Assembly (NCBI GenBank): GCA_047602405.1
Contig: JASGHJ010000001.1
Span: 672,001-736,000, forward strand
From: Anaeromyxobacteraceae bacterium
Lineage (GTDB): Bacteria > Myxococcota > Myxococcia > Myxococcales > Anaeromyxobacteraceae
Direction of reading: 5' to 3'
Length of the DNA: 64,000 nt
In this document: positions 22,090-32,253 of the stretch, piece after piece
How positions within the stretch are numbered: the stretch's first letter is position 1
Layout: every line of letters begins with the position of its first letter
Made by a program: the position numbers and the translations under genes
The notes under the pieces: model-generated
The model's database searches: none
The model's input: only the letters and a program-made list of their open reading frames with translations
What the model was told of the DNA's origin: nothing

Positions 22090-24388
22090 ATGTCCGCACG
22101 CCGAACGATCGCGCTCGCCCTCACCTTCGCCCTCGCCGCCTGCGGCGGCGGGGGCCCGAAGCCGCCCGTGGACCCCGGCGACGGAGGAGGAGGCGGGGGT
22201 GGCGGTGGCGGTGGGGGAGGCGGCGGGGGTGGGGGCGGCTCGGGCCTCGAGCTCGACGCCGCCGTGGTCGACGACGTCCGCGGCATCCTCGGCAGCTCCG
22301 AGCTGGGCCTCGAGCCGGAGCTCATCCTGCGCTCGGCCCTCGCCCACGCGGGCTTCGACCAGGTGAACGAGCTCGGCGTCGTGCAGTGGGAGGCGGAGGC
22401 GCCACGCCAGGGCATCGTCTTCGAGTGGACCGACGCGGAGCTCGTCGCGGCCGGGCTCGCCTCGGGCGCCCGCGTGCCGCTCGACGACCTCCTCGCGGGC
22501 TGGGGCGCCCTCTCGCCCGCGCTCACCGCCGACGTGCTCCGCCCGAGGCTCGTCGCCGACCTGCGGGCCGCGGCCACCAGCACGGATCCCACGCGCCGGT
22601 ACTGGGCCCAGCTCATCGCGCAGCTCGGCCGCGCCTCCGACGCGCCGTTCGACCTGCTCGACCCGGCGGTCCCGGGCTCCTCCGCGCTCGATCCGGCACA
22701 GGTCGCGCTCCTCACCTACCGCTTCCAGGCCGAGGTCTGGCGCGAGGGCAAGAAGGCGGCGGGCGGCGGCTTCGCGCCGGCGCTGCCCGTCCTCTTCGCG
22801 GCCGCGGCGGCGACCCCGCGCCCCTGCACGATGACCGACACCGAGTCCACCGTGATGGACACGGCCGCGCTCGCCGGCTCGACCTTCTTCGGCGAGCTCA
22901 TCGGCGAGATCGGGAAGGCCGTGCCCGGCGTCGAGAAGGTCGCGAAGTACGGCGGCCTCGCGAACTCCGCGCTGACGGTGGTGAAGTTCCTCTGGACGCT
23001 CGCCGCGCTCGACGCCCGCGTCACCGCGGACACGAGCGGCATCGTGCGCAACTGGGACGGCACCGCCTACGGCGACGAGGCCACGCTGACCGCGGCCTTC
23101 CGCTACGACACCGGCAACGCGCAGGCCTTCAACTGCGTGCGCCCGGCGCTCAACGCGCTCGGCCTCGACTTCAGCCTCCCGCAGGACGGCCCGGTCGCGA
23201 ACGCCCGGGTGGACTGGGAGATGTTCGCGGTGAAGGACCGCAAGGGCCCGGGCCCGATCGTCCGCTACCAGGCGGGCAGCGTGCCCCTCGGCCGACGCAC
23301 CGACGCCGACGGCAAGGACGCGATCACCCTCGAGGGCACGAAGAAGGACCCCGCCCTCACCGGCCGCATCGCCCCCGACCACCGGCTCGTGCAGGTCGCG
23401 GCGAAGGTCGCGCTCAAGGACACGAAGATGTGGCAGGACATCCAGGACGCGGTGGGGAGCGCGCTCGCCGGCAACCCCGCGTCGATGATGCTCTCGGCCC
23501 TCACCGAGACGCTGCTCCGCATGAACACCCTCGTCTTCGCCGGGCGCTACGGCCTGCCGGTCGAGGATCACCAGTCGCTCGACGGGATCGTGATGCGGGT
23601 CGAGCTCGCGGGCTCGCTCGCGGGCTCGAATCCGCTCGAACGGCCAGGGACAGGAGACGCTCGACGCGACCGTGAGCCTCGTGGAGCGCCCGGCCCCGTC
23701 CACCGCCGGCGACCCGCTCGTCTTCCTCATCCTGAACGGCGCGCCCGGGCTCGCCGCGAGCTACCTCTCGGAGAACGGCAAGCGGGACTTCCGCTACCGG
23801 GGCGCGCTCGACGTGCAGGATCCCTGCGCGTGCGTCGAGGGGCTCCAGCACCGGGTGGACGACGCCGCCTGGAGCTCGGTCTGGGTGACCGACGACACGC
23901 CGCGCGCGCTCCTGGCGACGATGCAGCCCGACGGCAAGTTCGAGCTCCGCCTCGCCATGAACGGGAAGCCGGGCACCGGCCGCCACCACGTGGCCTTCGA
24001 CGGCTGCGGTTCCTCCGGCACGATCGACGAGGCCATGGGGGGGCCGGTGTCGATCGGAGACCTCGTGATCACCGGCCAGGTGGATCCGACGAAGGCCGCG
24101 GGCACGATCGAGGGGAACTGGAGCGGCACCGTGGACATCCCTCGGCCGGCGTCGCTCGGCGGCTTCTGGGTGAACGGCGCCCGGCAGGACGTGCTCCACG
24201 CGGCCACGACCGTCGAGTACGTGTTCTCGTACACGAAGCAGGTGCTCAACGCGCCGGGGGCCTCCCCGCCGCCTCCGCCCGCTGCCTGGGCGGCCCGGTC
24301 CGCGTCGACGACGGTGCGCTGGGTCCCGCGGGAGCCGGAGGCGCGCGCGTGCTTCGCGCCGGGGCCGGGCGCACCGACCGTCGATTGA
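22090..24388 (+). CDS. Large hypothetical lipoprotein; +1 frameshift at ~23629
   Basis: MSARRTIALALTFALAAC plus poly-Gly linker. Removing one A from GAATC (23628-23632) joins ...GSLAGS-IRSNGQGQETLDATV-SLVERP... to ORF 23672-24388. Confidence 0.7.
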
Positions 24389-24433
24389 CGGAGGTCAGCG
24401 TCCGCAGCCATCGTGCCGGGGGAGAGTCCCGGC

Positions 24434-25804
24434 ATGAGGCCGCACGCGCTCGCACCCGCCCTCCTCGCCCTCGCCCTCGCCGCCTGCGGCGGCGCGGGCG
24501 GCGGCGGGACCACGCCCGACCCGGGCTGGGCCGTCCTGCCGATGAACGACGGCGCCTCGGGCTGGGAGCCCTGGGTCTACCGCGCCGGCGAGCTCACGCT
24601 CCTCGCCGACCTCCACGCGGGCACGCCGTCGTCGCTCCCCGGCGACCTCCGCGTGCTCGGCGACCGCGCGGTGTTCTGCGCGAGCACGGCGGCCGGCCGC
24701 GCGCCCTGGATCACCGACGGCACGCCCGGCGGCACGCGCGCGATCACCTCGGCGTCCGGCGCCGGCTGCGGCGCGCTCGCGATCGTGGGCGCGCGGGCGT
24801 ACCTCGCGTGGGACACCGGGGCGGGCCTCGAGCCGTGGGTGACCGACGGCACCGCCGCGGGCACGGCCTCGCTCGGCGAGCTCGCCGCGGGCGCGTCCGG
24901 CTCCTCGCCGCACGGCTTCGCCGCGTGCGGCGCCCTCGTCTGCTTCGTCGCGCAGGACGCGCAGGGCCGGCACGCGCTCTTCGCGACCGACGGCACCGCC
25001 GCCGGCACGCACCCGCTCACCGATCCGGCCGCCTGGAACGGCGAGCCGCTCGGCCTCACCACGGCCGGCGGGCGCACGTTCTTCACGGCGAGCACCGCGG
25101 CGGCGGGCCGCGAGCCGTGGGCCTCCGACGGCACGGTGGCCGGCACCGGTCAGGTCCTCGACCTCGCCCCGGGTCCGGCGGGCTCCTCGCCGGCGGGGTT
25201 CACCGCGCTCGGCGGTGCGGTCCTCTTCGAGGCCGACGACGGAGAGAGCGGCCTCGAGCTGTGGCGCAGCGACGGCACCGGGGCCGGCACCGCGCTCCTC
25301 GTGGACCTCTGGCCCGGGCCGGAGTCCGGCGATCCGCACGCGCTCGTCCGGTTCGGCGAGCGCGTCGCCTTCGTCGCCCGCGACGAGGACGACGGCTACC
25401 AGCTCTGGACGAGCGACGGCACGGCGGCGGGCACCGCCGAGGTCGGCGTGATCAGCCCCGGCGGCTCGCGGATCACGGAGCTCGCCGCGCACGGCGGGCA
25501 GCTCTGGTTCTCCGTGGACGACTACGTCCACGGGCCGGAGCTGTGGACCTCCGACGGCACCGCCGCGGGCACCCGGATGGTCGTGGACGCGGTGCGCGGC
25601 GGGGACGGGACCTGGCCCGTGCCGCTCGAGGTGCTCGCGGGCGCGGGCGTCGTGGCGATCGTCGTGCCCACGCACGACCTCCTCTACGCGGCCGACGACG
25701 GGACGCACGGGCTCGAGCTGTGGCGGAGCGACGGCACCGTGTCCGGCACCGGGATGGTGGCGGACCTGTGGACAGGGCTGCCGCCGGGGATCCTCGTGCC
25801 CTGA
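24434..25804 (+). CDS. ELWxxDGT repeat lipoprotein
   Basis: Lipobox LAAC; repeats EPWVTDGT, EPWASDGT, ELWRSDGT, QLWTSDGT, ELWTSDGT. Confidence 0.9.
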   Translation: MRPHALAPALLALALAACGGAGGGGTTPDPGWAVLPMNDGASGWEPWVYRAGELTLLADLHAGTPSSLPGDLRVLGDRAVFCASTAAGRAPWITDGTPGGTRAITSASGAGCGALAIVGARAYLAWDTGAGLEPWVTDGTAAGTASLGELAAGASGSSPHGFAACGALVCFVAQDAQGRHALFATDGTAAGTHPLTDPAAWNGEPLGLTTAGGRTFFTASTAAAGREPWASDGTVAGTGQVLDLAPGPAGSSPAGFTALGGAVLFEADDGESGLELWRSDGTGAGTALLVDLWPGPESGDPHALVRFGERVAFVARDEDDGYQLWTSDGTAAGTAEVGVISPGGSRITELAAHGGQLWFSVDDYVHGPELWTSDGTAAGTRMVVDAVRGGDGTWPVPLEVLAGAGVVAIVVPTHDLLYAADDGTHGLELWRSDGTVSGTGMVADLWTGLPPGILVP

Positions 25805-25852
25805 GCGGGGAGGGCCTCGCCCGGGGACGAGGACCCGCGTCACGGCCGCCGA

Positions 25853-26872
25853 TCACCCCGCCAGCGCCGCGAGCCCCGCCGGGTACGGCGCCTTCACGAC
25901 GCCGCGCTCGGTGACGATCGCGGTGACGAGCTCCGCCGGCGTGACGTCGAACGCCGGGTAGCGCGCCCGGACGCCCTCGGGGGCGATGCGCTGGCCGTGG
26001 ATGAGCACGACCTCGTCGCCGCCGCGCTCCTCGATGGGGATCGCGCCGCCGCGCGGGCAGGCGAGGTCCACGGTGCTCCACGGCGCCGCGACGTAGAACG
26101 GGATGCCGTGGTGGCGCGCGAGCACCGCGAGCGCGTACGTGCCGATCTTGTTCGCGACGTCGCCGTTCGCGGCGATGCGGTCGGAGCCGACGACCACGCA
26201 GGAGATCTCCCCGCGCTGCATGAGCCAGCCGGCCATGCCGTCGGTGAGGAGCGTCACCGGGATCCGGTCGCGGTGGAGCTCCCAGGCGGTGAGGCGGGCG
26301 CCCTGGAAGAACGGCCGGGTCTCGTCGGCGAGGACGCGGATCGTGGGGTCCGCCTCGAAGGCGGCGCGCACGACGCCGAGCGCGGTGCCGTACGCCGCGG
26401 TCGCGAGCGCGCCGGCGTTGCAGTGGGTGAGCACCGTCGCCCCGCGCGCCACGAGCGGGGCGCCGAGCGCGCCGATGCGGCGGCACGCGGCCTCGTCCTC
26501 GTCGCGGATCGCGTGCGCCTCGGCGAGGAGCGCGGCGGCGCCCGCGTCGAACCGCGCCGACATGCGCTTCACGGCCCAGGCGAGGTTCACCGCGGTGGGG
26601 CGGGCCTTCACGAGGTGCTCCGCGGCCTCCCGCAGGCGGGCCGGGCCTGCGCCGCGCCGCGCGTCCACCGCGAGGCCGTAGGCGGCGGCGACGCCGATGG
26701 CGGGTGCGCCGCGCACGGTGAGATTGGCGATCGCGGTCGCGACCTCGTCGGAGGTGGACAGCTCGAGCCAGCGCTCCACGGCCGGGAGCCGCTTCTGGTC
26801 GAGCAGGCGCACGTGGTCGCGCGCGTCGTCGTAGAGCACGGGCCTGAGCGCCCCGTCGTCGAAGTTCGTCAT
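25853..26872 (-). CDS. mtnA: S-methyl-5-thioribose-1-phosphate isomerase
   Basis: [55 protein letters not shown]. Confidence 0.95.
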   Translation of the reverse strand: MTNFDDGALRPVLYDDARDHVRLLDQKRLPAVERWLELSTSDEVATAIANLTVRGAPAIGVAAAYGLAVDARRGAGPARLREAAEHLVKARPTAVNLAWAVKRMSARFDAGAAALLAEAHAIRDEDEAACRRIGALGAPLVARGATVLTHCNAGALATAAYGTALGVVRAAFEADPTIRVLADETRPFFQGARLTAWELHRDRIPVTLLTDGMAGWLMQRGEISCVVVGSDRIAANGDVANKIGTYALAVLARHHGIPFYVAAPWSTVDLACPRGGAIPIEERGGDEVVLIHGQRIAPEGVRARYPAFDVTPAELVTAIVTERGVVKAPYPAGLAALAG

Positions 26873-26903
26873 GGTGCCGTGGTCCCCTGGTCCCTGGTGT
26901 CCG

Positions 26904-27131
26904 CTACCCCGGATCGCCGCCGCTCCCGAGCCCGCCGAAGAGCCGCATGGCGAAGTAGCCCGCCGCGGCGAGCGTGAGCGCGAAGCCCGGCCAGCGGCCC
27001 TCCTTGGCGAGCACGCCGGCGACGACGAGCGCGCCCACGAGCGCGATCCACAGGAACGCCCGCGTGGGTCCGCCGGTGTTCCCCGCTCCGGAGGGGCCCG
27101 CGCCCCAGCCTGCCCACTTGGCCATTCTCAT
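26904..27131 (-). CDS. Small hypothetical membrane protein
   Basis: 75 aa with two hydrophobic helices; RBS-like GAAGGGA; lies between gatB and mtnA. Confidence 0.55.
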   Translation of the reverse strand: MRMAKWAGWGAGPSGAGNTGGPTRAFLWIALVGALVVAGVLAKEGRWPGFALTLAAAGYFAMRLFGGLGSGGDPG

Positions 27132-27146
27132 CCCTTCGACGCTGCC

Positions 27147-27201
27147 GGGGTGGGGCCCCGAGCCAGCTCCGCTGGTCGGGGCGGGGGGCGCCGAGCCCCC
27201 C
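27147..27201. repeat. Tandem GC hairpins downstream of gatB (REP-like or terminator)
   Basis: CCCCGA-G-CCAGC-tcc-GCTGG-TCGGGG followed by GGGGGC-gccga-GCCCCC. Confidence 0.4.
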
Positions 27202-27208
27202 GTGACAT

Positions 27209-28700
27209 TCAGTCCCCGAGCTTCTTCCGGAGGAGCGCGTTCACGACGGCCGGGTTGCCCTTACCCTTCGTCTGCTTCATCACCTGCCCGACGAAGAAGC
27301 CCATGAGCTTCTTGTTGCCACCGCGGTAGCGCTCCACCTCGGCCGGCGCCGCGGCGAGCACCGCGTCCACCGCGGCCTCGAGGGCGCCCTCGTCGGAGAC
27401 CTGCGCGAGCCCCTTCGCCTTCACGACCTCGGCCGGGTCGGCGCCGGTCCTGAAGACCTCCTCCAGCACCTGCTTCGCGCCCGGGCCGCCGATCGTGCCG
27501 GCATCGAGGAGCCTCACGATGGCGGCGAGCTGCGCGGGCGTGAGCTTCCACGCGCCGGGCTCGAGCGCGGCCTCGTTGGCGAGCCGGGCGAGCTCGCCGT
27601 TCATCCAGTTCGCGAGCTTCTTCGCCGCCTCCGGGCCGCCGCCCGCGTCGGCGAGCGCGGCGTCGAAGAAGTCGGCCCCGCGCCGATCGGCGACGATGAG
27701 CCCGGCGTCGTACGCGGAGAGCCCGAGCGCCTGCTGGTACCGGGCGGCGCGGGCCTTCGGCAGCTCCGGGAGCTCCGCCTTCACGCGCTCGAGGAGCGCC
27801 GCCGGCACGATCATCGGCGGGAGGTCCGGCTCCGGGAAGTACCGGTAGTCGGGCGCCTCCTCCTTCGAGCGCATCGAGCGCGTCTCGCCCCGGTCCGGGT
27901 CGAAGAGCCGCGTCTCCTGCACGATCTTCCCGCCGCCCTCCAGGATCTCGATCTGCCGCTTCTGCTCGAACTCGATCGCCTGCTTCAGGAAGCGGAACGA
28001 GTTCATGTTCTTGAGCTCGCACCGGGTGCCGAGGACCTGGGAGCCCTTCGGCATCACCGACACGTTCGCGTCGCAGCGCAGCGACCCCTCCTGCATGTTC
28101 CCGTCGTTGACGCCGAGCCAGACGAGGATCGCGCGGAGCGTCTTCAGGTACTCGACCGCCTCGTCCGCGCTGCGGAGGTCGGGCTGCGAGACGATCTCGA
28201 CGAGCGGCGTGCCGGCGCGGTTGAGGTCGACGCCGGAGGCGCCCGGGGCGACGTCGTGGACGTTCTTCCCGGCGTCCTCCTCGAGGTGGATGCGGACGAG
28301 GCGGACGTACTTCTCGGCCGCGGTGCCGTCCTCCCGGGAGCCGGTCGGGATGGTGAGCCCGCCGCCCTCGCAGATCGGCAGCTCGTACTGCGAGATTCTG
28401 GTAGCCCTTCGGCAGGTCCGGGTAGAAGTAGTTCTTCCGCGCGAAGACCGAGCGCTGCCGGATCTCGCAGCCGAGCGCGAGGCCGGTGCGCACCGCGAGC
28501 TCGATCACCTTCTCGTTGAGCGACGGCAGCGCGCCCGGGAGCGCGAGGCACACCGGGCAGACGTGCGCGTTGGGCTCGCCGCCGAACGCGGTGGAGCAGC
28601 CGCAGAAGATCTTGGTGTTCGTGAGGAGCTGGGCGTGGACCTCGAGGCCCAGGACCACCTGCCAGCCGGCCGCATGGCCCGGAGCGGGAGGCGACGCCAT
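27209..28700 (-). CDS. gatB: Asp/Glu-tRNA amidotransferase subunit B; +1 frameshift at ~28396
   Basis: [27 protein letters not shown] (one extra A), [38 protein letters not shown]. Confidence 0.95.
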
Positions 28701-28702
28701 GG

Positions 28703-30217
28703 CTACGCGACCTCCGGCGGCGCGGGGAACGTCCCCTGCTCGCGCTCGAGCGCGCGGGCGGCGCGCAGCAGCGTGGCCTCGTCGAACGGCCGGCCGACGA
28801 GCTGCAGGCCCACCGGGAGGCCCGTCGCGGCGTCCCTCCCGCAGGGCACCGAGAGGCCGGGCAGCGCCGCGAGGTTCGCCGTGATGGTGAAGACGTCGGC
28901 GAGGTACATCGCGAGCGGGTCGGCGGCCTTCTCGCCGAGCTTGAACGCGACCGATGGCGCGACCGGGCCGGCGACGACGTCGCAGGTCCGGAAGGCCTCG
29001 TCGAAGTCGCGGCGCACGAGCGTGCGGACCTTCTGCGCCTTCAGGTAGTAGGCGTCGTAGTAGCCCGCCGAGAGCGCGTAGGTGCCGAGCATGATGCGGC
29101 GCTTCGGCTCCGCGCCGAAGCCGCGCTCGCGGGACTGCTCGTAGACCTCCCGGAGGCCCATGGGCTTCTGGGCGGCTGCGCCGCCGGCCTCCCTGGCGCG
29201 CAACCCGAACCGGATGCCGTCGTACCGCGCCAGGTTCGACGACGCCTCGGCCGGCGCGATGAGGTAGTACGCCGCGATGCCGTAGCGCGAGTGCGGCAGC
29301 GACACCGGGACGAGCGTCGCGCCGAGCCTCTCGTAGGTCGCGAGCGCCGCGCGCACGGCGGCGGCGGTCCCGGCCTCGAGGCCGTCGACGTCCAGCCACT
29401 CCTTCGGCACGCCGACGCGCAGCCCCTCCGCGCCGCCCTCGAGGTTCGCGAGGTAGTCGTCGACCGGGCGCGCGGAGGAGGTCATGTCGCGCGGGTCGTG
29501 CCCGGCGATCACCTGCAGCTGCAGCGCGGCGTCCTCGACCGTGCGGCCGAACGGCCCGACCTGGTCGAGCGACGACGCGAACGCCACCACGCCCCACCTC
29601 GGCACGCGGCCGTAGGTCGGCTTCACGCCGACGACGCCGCAGAAGCTCGCCGGGAGCCGGATGGAGCCGCCGGTGTCGGAGCCGAGCGCGCCGAACACCT
29701 GCCGCGCGGCCACCGACGCGGCGCTGCCGCCCGAGGAGCCGCCCGGCGTGCGGGCGAGGTCCCAGGGGTTCCGGCAGGGCTTGTACGCGGAGTTCTCGTT
29801 CGACGAGCCCATCGCGAACTCGTCGAGGTTGAGCTTCCCGAGGATGACGGCGCCGGCCGCCTCGAGCCGCTCGACCACGGTGGCCGAGTACGGCGGCACG
29901 AAGCCCTCGAGGATGCGCGAGCCCGCGGTGGTCTCGACGCCCTTCGTGAGGAGGATGTCCTTCACCGCGACCGGCACGCCGTCGAGCGGGGAGCGGCGCC
30001 CGGCGCGCGCGGCCCGCGCGTCGGCCGCGTCGGCGGCGGCGAGCGCGCGGTCGGCGGTGACCGCGAGGAAGGCGCCGACCTTCGGGTCGGTGGCCTCCAC
30101 GCGGCGGAGCGCGGCCTCGGTGAGCTGCCGCGAGGTCACCTCGCGCGCGGCGACCTTCCGGCCGGCGTCGGCGAGCGTGAGCCCGAGCAGCGTGGCGTCT
30201 CCGGGGAGGCCGCTCAC
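28703..30217 (-). CDS. gatA: Asp/Glu-tRNA amidotransferase subunit A
   Basis: Amidase signature [37 protein letters not shown]. Confidence 0.97.
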   Translation of the reverse strand: MSGLPGDATLLGLTLADAGRKVAAREVTSRQLTEAALRRVEATDPKVGAFLAVTADRALAAADAADARAARAGRRSPLDGVPVAVKDILLTKGVETTAGSRILEGFVPPYSATVVERLEAAGAVILGKLNLDEFAMGSSNENSAYKPCRNPWDLARTPGGSSGGSAASVAARQVFGALGSDTGGSIRLPASFCGVVGVKPTYGRVPRWGVVAFASSLDQVGPFGRTVEDAALQLQVIAGHDPRDMTSSARPVDDYLANLEGGAEGLRVGVPKEWLDVDGLEAGTAAAVRAALATYERLGATLVPVSLPHSRYGIAAYYLIAPAEASSNLARYDGIRFGLRAREAGGAAAQKPMGLREVYEQSRERGFGAEPKRRIMLGTYALSAGYYDAYYLKAQKVRTLVRRDFDEAFRTCDVVAGPVAPSVAFKLGEKAADPLAMYLADVFTITANLAALPGLSVPCGRDAATGLPVGLQLVGRPFDEATLLRAARALEREQGTFPAPPEVA

Positions 30218-30507
30218 TCGATGATCCTCGGCACCTTGAACGCCGTGCCCTCGCGCGCCGGCGCGTTCCCGAGCGCCTCGTCAAACGAGAGCCCGGGCCG
30301 CACCGCGTCCTCGCGGAGCGGCGCTGCGTCGCCCGCCGCGAGCGCGTGGGTCATCGGCTCGACGCTCGAGACGTCGAGCTCCGACAGGACGGCGACGTGC
30401 TCGAGGATGGCGGAGAGCTGTCCCTGGAAGACCTGCTCCTCCTCCGGGGAAAGCTTCAGCCGGGCCAGCGCGGCGATGCGCCGGACCTCCTCGAGCGTGA
30501 GCGCCAT
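30214..30507 (-). CDS. gatC: Asp/Glu-tRNA amidotransferase subunit C
   Basis: [12 protein letters not shown]...LREDAV...FKVPRII; directly upstream of gatA. Confidence 0.95.
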   Translation of the reverse strand: MALTLEEVRRIAALARLKLSPEEEQVFQGQLSAILEHVAVLSELDVSSVEPMTHALAAGDAAPLREDAVRPGLSFDEALGNAPAREGTAFKVPRIIE

Positions 30508-30516
30508 GGGAGCTGC

Positions 30517-30828
30517 CTACTTGAACCAGTTCAGGATGGCGCTCATCACGCCCGAGTGCTCCGGCTTCTGGAGGTGCTCGAGCTCGCCCTTGTCGAGGAA
30601 GACGCCGTTGCAGGAGAAGCAGACGTCGACGTCGATGCCGCGCAGCTTCACCTCGTGCAGCTCCATGCCGCACTTCGGGCAGCGCATCCAGTGCATCGCC
30701 TTGAGGCGCGCCTGCTCGGCGGCCTCGGTGTCCTTCTTCACCTGGACGGCGAGCTTGCGCTTCTTCTCGGCGTCCTCCCGGGCGAAGTACTCGTCCTCGG
30801 TGTTCGACGATCCCTTGAAGTCGGCCAT
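30517..30828 (-). CDS. zf-TFIIB-like zinc-ribbon protein
   Basis: EDEYFARE...MRCPKCG...DVCFSCNGVFLDKGELE. Confidence 0.8.
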   Translation of the reverse strand: MADFKGSSNTEDEYFAREDAEKKRKLAVQVKKDTEAAEQARLKAMHWMRCPKCGMELHEVKLRGIDVDVCFSCNGVFLDKGELEHLQKPEHSGVMSAILNWFK

Positions 30829-30831
30829 CTT

Positions 30832-32097
30832 CTATCTCCTGAGCTCTTGGAGGGCGTTCCGGGCCACGGGAGCCTCGTCGCCGTCGGGGTGAGCCTCCAG
30901 ATACTTCTGATACTGCGCGATCGCCTCGGCGGTGCGTCCCAGAGAGCGCGCGGCCTCGGCCGCGCCCAGGAGCGCATCGGCGTGCTGCGGGTCGGCCCGG
31001 AGTGCCTCCCGGAACGCCCTCGCCGCCGACTCGTACTGCTCGAGATCGAGATAGCACAGCCCACGCCCCGCGAGGGCGTCCGCGTTGTCGGGGGCGGCGT
31101 CGGCGGCCCGCTCGTAGAGGTCGAGCGCCTTCTCGGTGTCGCCCTTCTCGCGGAGGCGGTCGGCCTGGGCGATGAGCGCCTTCGGGCCCCTCGGGGCGGC
31201 CTTCTCCTGGGCGGGCGGCGGCGCGGCGGGCGCGGGCGCCGGGGCGGCGGCCTCGGGGACCGGGGCCGGGGCGGCGGCGGCGGGCGCCGGCGGGCTCGGC
31301 TTCGGCGGCTCGGGCGTGGGAGCCGGGGCGGGCGCAGGGGCCTGCGCGGCGGGCGCGGGCTCGGGCTTCGGCCCCATGCCGAGGAGCGCCTGGACCGGGG
31401 CGAAGAGCCCGGGCACGAGGATGCTCGCGCCGCCCGCGATCACGACGAGGGCGCCGAGGACGAGGAGCGTGTTGCGGACGGCGTGGCCGCCCCCGAGGGC
31501 CGCGCGCTCGTCCGCGTCGAGGTCCGGGCCCTGGTGGTCGAGCGTGACGTCGAGCGGCGCCGGGGGCGTCTCGAGCGCCGCGGCCATGCGCGTCGCGGTC
31601 TTCCTCGCCACGGGCGGAGGCTGAAGGGGCTTGCGCGGCGGCTGCTGCGCGGGGAGCGCGGTCTGCGTGGCGGCGCGGTCGGCGAGGTCGACCACCTCGA
31701 AGAAGGTGTCGAGCTCGTGCATCTCGGCGAGCTTCTTGTAGCTCTGGCCCGGCGGCGCGACCTCGTCCTCGCGGCCGACGCGCCGCTCCACGATCCACTT
31801 CTGCAGGGTCTCGCGGTCGCGGCACGGGAAGGTCTCGCCCGTGAAGAGCCTCACGCGCCACTCGGTGGCGGGGTCGTGGGCGGCGGCGACGGCCTGCGTG
31901 CGGCGCCCCGCAGCGGAGGCCGGCACGGGGACGCCCGCGAGGGTGCCCGGCTTCACGGGGACCGTCACGACGAGCTCCTTCTTCTTCACGAGGAAGACGT
32001 GCCCGCACTGCTCGCACTGGAGGGCGAGGCCCGACGGCGCGACGCTGGCCTCGTCGACCTGGTACTGGGCCTTGCAGCGTTCGCAGCGGACGTCCAT
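30832..32097 (-). CDS. Zinc-ribbon (MJ0042-type) / TM / TPR protein
   Basis: MDVRCERCKAQY...QCEQCGHVF, one TM segment, Pro/Ala linker, C-terminal TPRs. Confidence 0.85.
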   Translation of the reverse strand: MDVRCERCKAQYQVDEASVAPSGLALQCEQCGHVFLVKKKELVVTVPVKPGTLAGVPVPASAAGRRTQAVAAAHDPATEWRVRLFTGETFPCRDRETLQKWIVERRVGREDEVAPPGQSYKKLAEMHELDTFFEVVDLADRAATQTALPAQQPPRKPLQPPPVARKTATRMAAALETPPAPLDVTLDHQGPDLDADERAALGGGHAVRNTLLVLGALVVIAGGASILVPGLFAPVQALLGMGPKPEPAPAAQAPAPAPAPTPEPPKPSPPAPAAAAPAPVPEAAAPAPAPAAPPPAQEKAAPRGPKALIAQADRLREKGDTEKALDLYERAADAAPDNADALAGRGLCYLDLEQYESAARAFREALRADPQHADALLGAAEAARSLGRTAEAIAQYQKYLEAHPDGDEAPVARNALQELRR

Positions 32098-32167
32098 CAC
32101 GCACCCTTCCCGGGTAACGTCCGGGAGCGGTTCTGATTCTACGTCGGGGCCGGGAGATCCCGAAAAA

Positions 32168-32195
32168 TTGACCCCTTGCGACCCCCCGATATCCT
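32168..32195 (+). promoter_or_regulatory. Possible sigma70 promoter of ftsK
   Basis: TTGACC-N16-TATCCT preceded by an A-tract. Confidence 0.4.
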
Positions 32196-32253
32196 CGGCT
32201 GGGCTCCCATCGGCAGGCGCACCCGCGCCCGTCCGCCGGGTGCCCACACCGCC

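Noticed and set aside
22183..22240. GGN-rich low-complexity repeat
   Set aside because: It encodes an in-frame poly-Gly linker with mixed codons and is not an independent DNA element.
27209..28700. gatB (and plsY) as pseudogenes or programmed frameshifts
   Set aside because: The genes are otherwise intact, there is no slippery heptamer, and the same GATC->GAATC error recurs, so a sequencing artefact is far more likely.
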